This document shows, in pieces, positions 56,892 through 64,000 of a stretch of 64,000 nt of DNA. A model generated the notes under the pieces. That model saw only the letters and a program-made list of their open reading frames with translations, did no database searches and had not been told where the DNA came from. Origin of the DNA: Nemertoderma westbladi (lineage: Eukaryota; Animalia; Xenacoelomorpha); NCBI GenBank assembly GCA_032718475.1, contig JAUCBJ010007749.1, positions 5,291 through 69,290 of the forward strand, given 5' to 3'. The first letter of the stretch is position 1. Every line of letters begins with the position of its first letter. Both the position numbers and the translations under genes were made by a program.

Positions 56892-57739
56892 ATAACTCAA
56901 GTAGGTCGTCGCTTGCGAAAAAGGGTTGGACATGACGCTTGGGAATCACATGTTGTAGCATCACCTGGTTGTAGTCCTAAATATTGACGATTTGTACGTG
57001 TTCGAAAATTTGAATGAGCAAGATGACGCGATGTTTTCGGGCTACAGCCTCAGAAATCTTAGGATATCTATTTGAAAGCGTGGGCAGCATTAAAAGAGTA
57101 ATATCGTCGTAAACAATGATAACGCTGGTGATATTTTTTTCAAATAAAACAATATATTCGATATAAAAACATAACGGAAACACTATTTTTCACTCATTTT
57201 CTTTAGCGAAATTCAGATCATATTCTGCCCGCGTTTATTGAGTTTACCACATGTTGGCATTTTAACACTCGCTTCGCTCGTGCTAAAAACCTGCCAACTC
57301 TTGCAAAACTCAACCACTCGGACAGAACAGTTGAATTTCTCTAAATTGAAAATAAGTGAAAAAAGCGGTGTTTTCCTTCCGCTTACTTTCTTTTTATCGA
57401 ATATAGCTTCTCGAAGGCCACGCGTAAATTCTGCTTTCGTTAAAAATGTAAATTCAAATTTCTGTACTTTTGACAGACTATTTGTGCACCAAGATTTGTT
57501 AAATTTCAGTGACTGTATAAGGATTGATTGAGTTATTAACGTACAAATATCAGAATATTGGACAGAAAAATCATTCACCCTCACTCACGTCTCACCCTGT
57601 CTACCTGCCACCGCGAATCACGCTATCAGCTGTTGTTACATTGTTAGGTCTATCAGGTCAGTTTTCTGCAGTATATAGCTTTCAGTACAACTTTATACTG
57701 TTTTATTTATATGAACAGTTAAACCTTTAAACATATAAT

Positions 57740-58357
57740 ATGTCTATAAGTGAATACAATGGATCCGCGATTGTCGCAATGGCTGGTAAGGATTGCGTAG
57801 CCTTGGCAACAGACACCCGATTCGGGATTAGCTTCAAAACGGTGTCTACAGACTTTGACCGTGTTTACAAGATGGGGCCGCGCATATACATGGGGATGGC
57901 GGGACTGGTTACCGATATGTACACCGTGTCTGCTCGTCTCCGATTCCGGTTGAATCTCTACGAACTGCGGGAGAACCGACCGGTTGCTCCCCGCGTCTTC
58001 TTCTCTATGATCACTAACCTCTTGTACGAACGTCGCTTCGGTTCATACTTCTCCGCTCCGGTTGTCGCCGCTTTGGATCCCGTTAACGGTAAACCACTTA
58101 TCGCCGCCTACGATTGCATTGGCGACTTAGAAGTTGTTAACGATTTTTTTGCCGATGGCACGTCTACGGAACAACTCTTGGGTATATGTGAAACATTGTG
58201 GAAACCTAACATGGATAGCGAGGAATTGTACGAGGTGATAAGTCAATGTTTGCTAAATGCTCAGGACAGTGATGCTTTGGCCGGTTGGGGCGCTCAGGTT
58301 TATATCATTGAGAAAGATAAAGTGACCAAGAAAACATTGAAAGCGAGGCTAGACTAG
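57740..58357 (+). CDS. PSMB3: Proteasome subunit beta type-3, intronless, 205 aa
   Basis: MSISEYNGSAIVAMAGKDCVA, RFRLNLYELRENR, NLLYERRFG, QCLLNA.D.DA.AGWGA.VYIIEKDK and the C-terminal LKARLD match the family at full length. AATAAA occurs at 58393 and 58494. Confidence 0.95.
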   Translation: MSISEYNGSAIVAMAGKDCVALATDTRFGISFKTVSTDFDRVYKMGPRIYMGMAGLVTDMYTVSARLRFRLNLYELRENRPVAPRVFFSMITNLLYERRFGSYFSAPVVAALDPVNGKPLIAAYDCIGDLEVVNDFFADGTSTEQLLGICETLWKPNMDSEELYEVISQCLLNAQDSDALAGWGAQVYIIEKDKVTKKTLKARLD

Positions 58358-58676
58358 ATGATTTGTGAACATCATAAATTCTACTTTTGTGTAATAAATA
58401 ATTCTGTTATGTTATTTTATACATAGCATAAGAACGCTAGTCCATAACACCCATATTTTGGTTTAACACCATCTTTAGATTGAAATTCGTATTAATAAAA
58501 TATTTAAAGTTATTCAATTTACAGTTAGAACTGCAAAACAAAGAACATCTTTCTGATTTAATCATGGTGGGGATGTACCCCCTCATTGGGGTATGACCTG
58601 GAGACTAACGAACAACGAATTTATGGCACATGAACGAATTTCTGGCTACTATAAAGGCAGCTGAAGGCTACTGAAA

Positions 58677-60210
58677 GCGGGGTAGCTCAGTTTGTTGAGC
58701 GCCGGGTCTACAATCTATTATTTGTAGGTTCGAGCCCCGCCAGGGTCCAATCAGCCTTTCATCCCGATAAAATGTGTACCAGTTGAATTACTGGAAGCAA
58801 AACATGGTATATGAGTAGCGCCCACACCCCTGCCTACCTCCGGGTAGCAGATAGAAGTAGCGCCCACACATACCTTCGGGTAGCAGATAGGAGTAGCGCC
58901 CACCCCTACCTTCGGGTAGCAGATAGAAGTAGCGCCCGCCCCTACCTTCGGGTAGCAGATAGAAGTAGCGCCCACACCTTCGGGTAGCAGATAGGAGTAG
59001 CGCCCACCCATACCTCCGGGTAGCAGATAGAAGTAGCGCCCACACCTTCGGGTAGCAGATAGGAGTAGCGCCCACACATACCTTCGGGTAGCAGATAGGA
59101 GTAGCGTCCACCCCTACCTCTGGGTAGCAGATAGAAGTAGTGCCCACCCCTACCTTAGGGTAGCAGATAGGAGTAGCGCCCACCCCTACCTTTGGGTAGC
59201 AGTTAGGAGTAGCGTCCACCCCTACCTTCGGGTAGCATATAGGAGTAGCGCCCACCCCCACCTTCTGGTAGCAGATAGGAGTAGCGCCCACCCCTATCTT
59301 CGGGTAGCAGATAGGAGTAGCCCTCACACATACCTTCGGGTAGCAGATAGGAGTAGTGCCCACACATACCTTCGGGTAGCAGTTAGGAGTAGCGCCCACA
59401 CATACCTTCGGGTAGCAGATGGAGTAGCGCCCACACATACCTTCGGGTAGCAGTTAGGAGTAGCGCCCACCCCTACCTTCGGGTAGCAGATAGGAGTAGC
59501 GCCCACCCCTACCTTCGGGTAGCAGGTAGGAGTAGCGCCCACCCCTACCTTTGGGTATCAGATAGGAGTAGCACCCACCCCTACCTCCGGGTAGCAGATA
59601 GGAGTAGCGCCCACCCCTACCTTCGGGTAGCAGATAGGAGTAGCGCCCACCCCTACCTTCGGGTAGCAGATGGGGGCAGCGCCCACCCCTACCTTCGGGT
59701 AGCAGATAGGAGTAGCGCCCACCCCTATCTTCGGGTAGCAGATAGGAGTAGCGCCCACCCCTACCTTCGTGTAGCAGATAGGAGTAGCGCCCACCCCTAC
59801 CTTCGTGTATCAGATAGGAGTAGCGCCCACCCCTACCTTTGGGTAGTATATTGAAGTAGCGCCCACCCCTACCTTTGGGTAGTATATTGAAGTAGCGCCC
59901 ACCCCTACATTCGGGGAGCAGATAGGAGTAGCGCCCACCCCTACATTCGGGTAGCAGATAGGAGTAGCGCCCACCCCTATCTTAGGGTAGCAGAAAGGAG
60001 TAGCGCCCACCCCTACCTTCACCTTCGGGTAGCAGATAGGAGTAGCGCCCACCCCTACCTTCGAGTAGCAGATTGGAGTAGCGCCCACCCCTACCTTAGG
60101 GTAGCAGATAGGAGTAGCGCCTTCCCCTACCTTCGGGTAGCAGATATCGAAATAGGAGCCTTCGGGTCGCCCCCGGTAGAAGACAACACATGACAAACGC
60201 CGATTTTTAT
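58677..60210 (+). mobile_element. tRNA-derived SINE with an internally expanded minisatellite
   Basis: It has an A box TAGCTCAGTTTG, a B box GGTTCGAGCCC (58727-58737) and a SINE-like central block TCAGCCTTTCATCCCGATAAAATGTGTACCAG. Unique body sequence (CGAAATAGGAGCCTTCGGGTCGCCC) resumes after the array. Confidence 0.65.
58812..60146 (+). repeat. 36-bp GC-rich minisatellite, ~37 copies
   Basis: The unit is GGAGTAGCGCCCACCCCTACCTTCGGGTAGCAGATA. Confidence 0.95.
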
Positions 60211-60379
60211 GGTACAATACCACCTTTATCAACCACAACCACCCTCCATGAACGCAGATTCAGTGGGCAATGCTGGATAAGTAAACATTAGGTCTACCAG
60301 ATCTACTTTTATATTTAGTTATTATTGAGATTTATTACTTATTTTATAGATCTACTTTAGCTATAAACATTATATAGAT

Positions 60380-60510
60380 TGACCAACTTGAAAGGGATAC
60401 TGGACTGGAGAGAAACGAAATTGCGACAACTATGGAGAATCGGGAAGCCTGGAAGGATCCCATTTTCACTGTCCGAGTTCGCTCGACCCAGTAGTAGTAG
60501 TCCAGTAGTA
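60380..60510 (+). mobile_element. Extreme 3' end of an RTE-like LINE
   Basis: It translates as RDTGLERNEIATTMENREAWK...VRVRSTQ* followed by a (TAG)n tail, typical of RTE C-termini. Confidence 0.6.
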
Positions 60511-60866
60511 TTATTTATCCCCTATAAATATACTAGATGGAATGAGTTGTACCCAATAAAGAAGTTAAAAACTTAAACATTTCCATATTGATGTGGATAA
60601 TAATATGAAACGTCTGTAAATAACAATATCAAGTTAATCTGTTCTGTAACAAAGTACTTAATATATAATAGCAAACACAATTAATTAGACACAAAATAAT
60701 AATATATTAAGCTTGTGGTGCTAACAATACCTAAATCATATGTGCTGCCAATGAATATCTCTATATATATATCTAGCAACGGTTGTCATGGTAACTGTGA
60801 CTGGAAACAAGTTTAATGAAAAATGTACGATAGAGCCAGCGGGTGTATTTAGAAACAGTACCATCA

Positions 60867-60928
60867 TACACCATGTCCCAGAATATAGTGTCGCTGAATT
60901 ACGACACTATATTCTGGGACATGGTGTA
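60867..60928. repeat. Perfect 27-bp-arm palindrome; minimal TA-flanked MITE
   Basis: TACACCATGTCCCAGAATATAGTGTCG, then an 8-nt loop, then the exact reverse complement. Confidence 0.9.
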
Positions 60929-61392
60929 ATATAGTCATAGATTCCTATAGAATGCTTAGGTCGATGGTTGCTATGATAGACTACACTAGTTCCCTTAGTA
61001 ACGGTTGTCATAATAACTGTGACTCGAATACAAGTTCAGTACGCGATATACTGAGGGAATATGTTGATACTAATATCGTATAATGCGTAAGTTGGTGTTT
61101 GCTAAGGCGTGAACCGAAGATTACTACCCTAGCAACGGTTACCAAGGTAACAGTCATATGAGAATGAGCTGATCGAATTCGCAATCATTGGCTTAGTCAA
61201 GTTTTTGGGGTAAATCCTGTAACTATGGTAACACGTGGTAATAACCATTGTGTGTTAAAAACATGGCAGCTGCAGATAAACACCTCGGTAGCCATGGTAA
61301 CACGATGTATGAGAAATGCTCAAGGTTTTTTATAGAAGCGACACCCTCCTAAATATTGTTTAGTAGGGTCTACTGAACTAAACCGATGATGG

Positions 61393-61519
61393 CCCATGTG
61401 AAGTTTCCTTCCCGTGGAAAAAAACTACCTTCTCGGAGCGCATTCATCATAGACAACCATTGGCAGAAATTAGAGATTCTGAGTTCCTTTCCCAAACAGT
61501 ACAGGAAACTTCACATGGG
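61393..61519. mobile_element. Small MITE with perfect 17-bp TIRs (CCCATGTGAAG family)
   Basis: CCCATGTGAAGTTTCCT ... AGGAAACTTCACATGGG. It shares its first 11 bp with the TIR at 41414-41690. Confidence 0.7.
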
Positions 61520-61665
61520 GATCTTTTTGTACGAGATCATTTTGCTAAGAAATGATATATGTTTTCTCTGAGGAGGAGGAAGAAGGGATGGAAGGGAGGA
61601 AGGAAAGGAAAGGAAGGAAGGAAAGGAGGGAAGGAAATGAAAGTAGGAAAGGAAGGAAGGAAAGG

Positions 61666-62307
61666 ATTATTGTTTTGGTTAGGAAACACTGCCACTGGAA
61701 CCTGTTCCTTTCCCATGATTGGTTTATTACCTCTATCGCCCATGTAACCAGTTTTATTGAGTATCATTTATTTATTTGATTAGAAAACAGCGCCATTTAA
61801 CCTGTTCCTTTCCCATGATTGGGGATTTTTTAAATCGACCATATAACCAGTTTTATTAACTATCGTTTATTATTTTGGTTAGAAAACACCGCCACTTGTG
61901 ACCTGTTCCTTTTCAAGGATTTGTGTAATTTCTGTATCGCTTCTGCAACTTCTTTTCTTCAGTATCATTTATTGTTTTGGTTAGAAAACACCGCCACTGT
62001 AACCTGTTCCTTTCCCATGATTTGTGTATTTTGTGTCCCGACCATGTAACCAATTTCGACCATATCACCATAGTTTTATTGAATATCATTTATTGTTTTG
62101 GTTAGAAAACACCGCCACTGTAACCTGTTCCTTTTCCATGATTTGTGCATTTTTTAAATCAACCATGTAACCAAGTCTTATTGACAATCGTTTATTGTTT
62201 TGGTTAGAAAACACAGCCACTGTAACGTGTTTCTTTCCCATGATAGTTTATTACCTTGCCCATCTTATGCATCGCCCATGTAACCAGTTTTATTGAGTAT
62301 CGTTTAT
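61666..62307. repeat. Diverged tandem array of a ~100-120-bp unit, ~6 copies
   Basis: tttattgttttggttagaaaacaccgccactgtaacctgttcctttcccatgatt recurs. Dispersed relatives lie at ~2300-2370, ~41520 and ~42057. Confidence 0.8.
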
Positions 62308-64000
62308 TCCTACTTTCCTTTCTTCCTTTCCTTCCATCCTACTTTTATTCCTTCCTTCCTACTTTCCTTTCCTTCTGTCCTACTTTAATACCTTCATTCC
62401 TTCCCACTTTCCTTTCCTTCCATCCTACTTGTATTCCTTCCTTCCTTCCTACTTCCCTTTCCTTCCGTCCTACTTTTATTCCTTCCTTCCTTCCTACTTT
62501 CCTTTCCTTCATTTCCTTCCGTCCTACTTTTATTCCTTCCTTCATACTTTCCTTTCCTTCTGTCCTACTTGTATTCCTTCCTTCCTTCCTACTTCCCTTT
62601 CCTTCCGTCCTACTTTTATTCCTTCCTTCCTTCCTACTTTCCTTTCCTACCTTTCCTTCTGTCCTACTTGTATTCCTTCCTTCCTTCCTACTTCCCTTTC
62701 CTTCCGTCCTACTTTTATTCCTTCCTTCCTTCCTACTTTCCTTTCCTTCTGTCCTACTTTTATTCCTTCCTTCCTTCCTACTTTCCTTTCCTTCTGTCCT
62801 ACTTTAATACCTTCATTCCTTCCTACTTTCCTTTCCTTCCGTCCTACTTTTATTCCTTCCTTCCTTCCTACTTTCCTTTCCTTCCTTTCCTTCCTTCCTA
62901 CTTTAATGCCTTCATTCCTTCCTACTTTCCTTTCCTTCCATCCTACTTTTATTCCTTCCTTCCTTCCTACTTTCCTTTCCTTCCGTCCTACTTTAATGCC
63001 TTCATTCCTTCTTACTTTCCTTTCCTTCCTTCCTTTCATTCCGTCCTACTTTTATTCCTTCCTACTTTCCTTTCCTTCCGTCCTACTTTTATCCCTTCAT
63101 TCCTTCCTACTTTCCTTTCTATTCCGTCCTACTTTTATTCCTTCCTTCCTTCCTACTTTCTTTTCCTTCCTTCCTACTTTCCTTTCCTTCCGTCCTACTT
63201 TTATTCCATCCTTCCTTCCTACTTTCCTTTACTTCCGTCCTACTTTAATGCCTTCATTCCTTCCTACTTTCCTTTCCTTCCGTCCTACCTGTATTCCTTC
63301 CTTCCTTCCTACTTCCCTTTCCTTCCGTCCTACTTTTATTCCTTCCTACTTTCCTTTCCTTCATTTCCTTCCGTCCTACTTGTATTCCTTCCTTCCTTCC
63401 TACTTCCCTTTCCTTCCGTCCTACTTTTATTCCTTCCTACTTTCCTTTCCTTCATTTCCTTCCGTCCTACTTTTATTCCTTCCTTCCTTCCTACTTTCCT
63501 TTACTTCCGTCCTACTTTAATGCCTTCATTCCTTCCTACTTTCCTTTCCTTCCGTCCTACTTTTATTCCTTCCTTCCTTCCTACTTTCCTTTCCTTCCGT
63601 CGTACTTTAATGCCTTCCTTCCTTCCTACTTTCCTTTCCTTCCGTCCTACTTTAATACCTTCATTCCTTCCTACTTTCCTTTCCTTCCGTAGTACTTTAA
63701 TGCCTTCATTCCTTCCTACTTTCCTATCCTCCCTTCCTACGTTCCTTTCCTTCCGTCCTACTTTAATGCCTTCATTCCTTCCTACTTTCCTTTCCTTCCG
63801 TCCTACTTTAATGCCTTCATTCCTTCCTACTTTCTTTTTCTTCCTTCCTACTTTCCTTTCCTTCCGTCCTACTTTAATGCCTTCATTCCTTCCTACTTTC
63901 CTTTCCTTCCTTCCAACGTTCCTTTCCTTCCATCCTACTTCAATTCATTCCTTCCTTCCTACTTTCCTTTCCTTCCGTCCTACTTCAATTCCTTCCTTCC
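62308..64000. repeat. Polypyrimidine (CTTC-rich) minisatellite with a ~45-bp unit, running off the window end
   Basis: The unit is ccttccgtcctacttttattccttccttccttcctactttccttt and variants, with extreme strand asymmetry. Confidence 0.95.

Noticed and set aside
39187-60146. CRISPR-like appearance of the 20-48-bp arrays
   Set aside because: The units are head-to-tail with no unique spacers, there are no cas genes, and the context is eukaryotic.
58751-60238. ORFs reading ATPICYPKVGVG
   Set aside because: These are antisense translations of the 36-bp SINE-internal array, with stops and frame changes.
62256-63520. Long F/L/P/S-rich and K/E/G/R-rich ORFs
   Set aside because: These are low-complexity CT/GA repeat translations; pyrimidine tracts lack stops by composition.

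Overview
This is a eukaryotic (animal-like) genomic window, AT-rich and intron-poor, and dominated by transposon debris and tandem arrays; it is not prokaryotic and contains no CRISPR. Three recognisable protein genes are present: a two-exon AKAP17A-like splicing factor (minus strand, 6.9 kb transposon-filled intron), an intronless proteasome beta-3 subunit (PSMB3, plus strand) and an intronless 18.3 kb ORF (minus strand). The 18.3 kb ORF is the main finding. Its first ~525 aa are a SepSecS (selenocysteine synthase) homologue that has lost the PLP-binding lysine and several substrate- and tRNA-binding residues. It is fused in frame to ~5,500 aa of acidic ESPDIETD-type repeats and ends in a LIR-like motif plus a short amphipathic tail, so it looks like an exapted giant pseudoenzyme. 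I also reconstructed a two-exon, 152-aa Lys/Arg/Ser-rich gene that the ORF track splits; its splice donor and its stop codon have each seeded a minisatellite. Other observations: a tRNA-derived SINE containing ~37 tandem cUUCGg hairpins, a CRE-like retrotransposon inserted in an (ATT)n tract, nested Tc1/piggyBac-type elements, and a strong excess of TAGGCCTA micro-insertions, with empty sites visible in paralogous copies. All family assignments come from motif recognition by eye; no database search was run.
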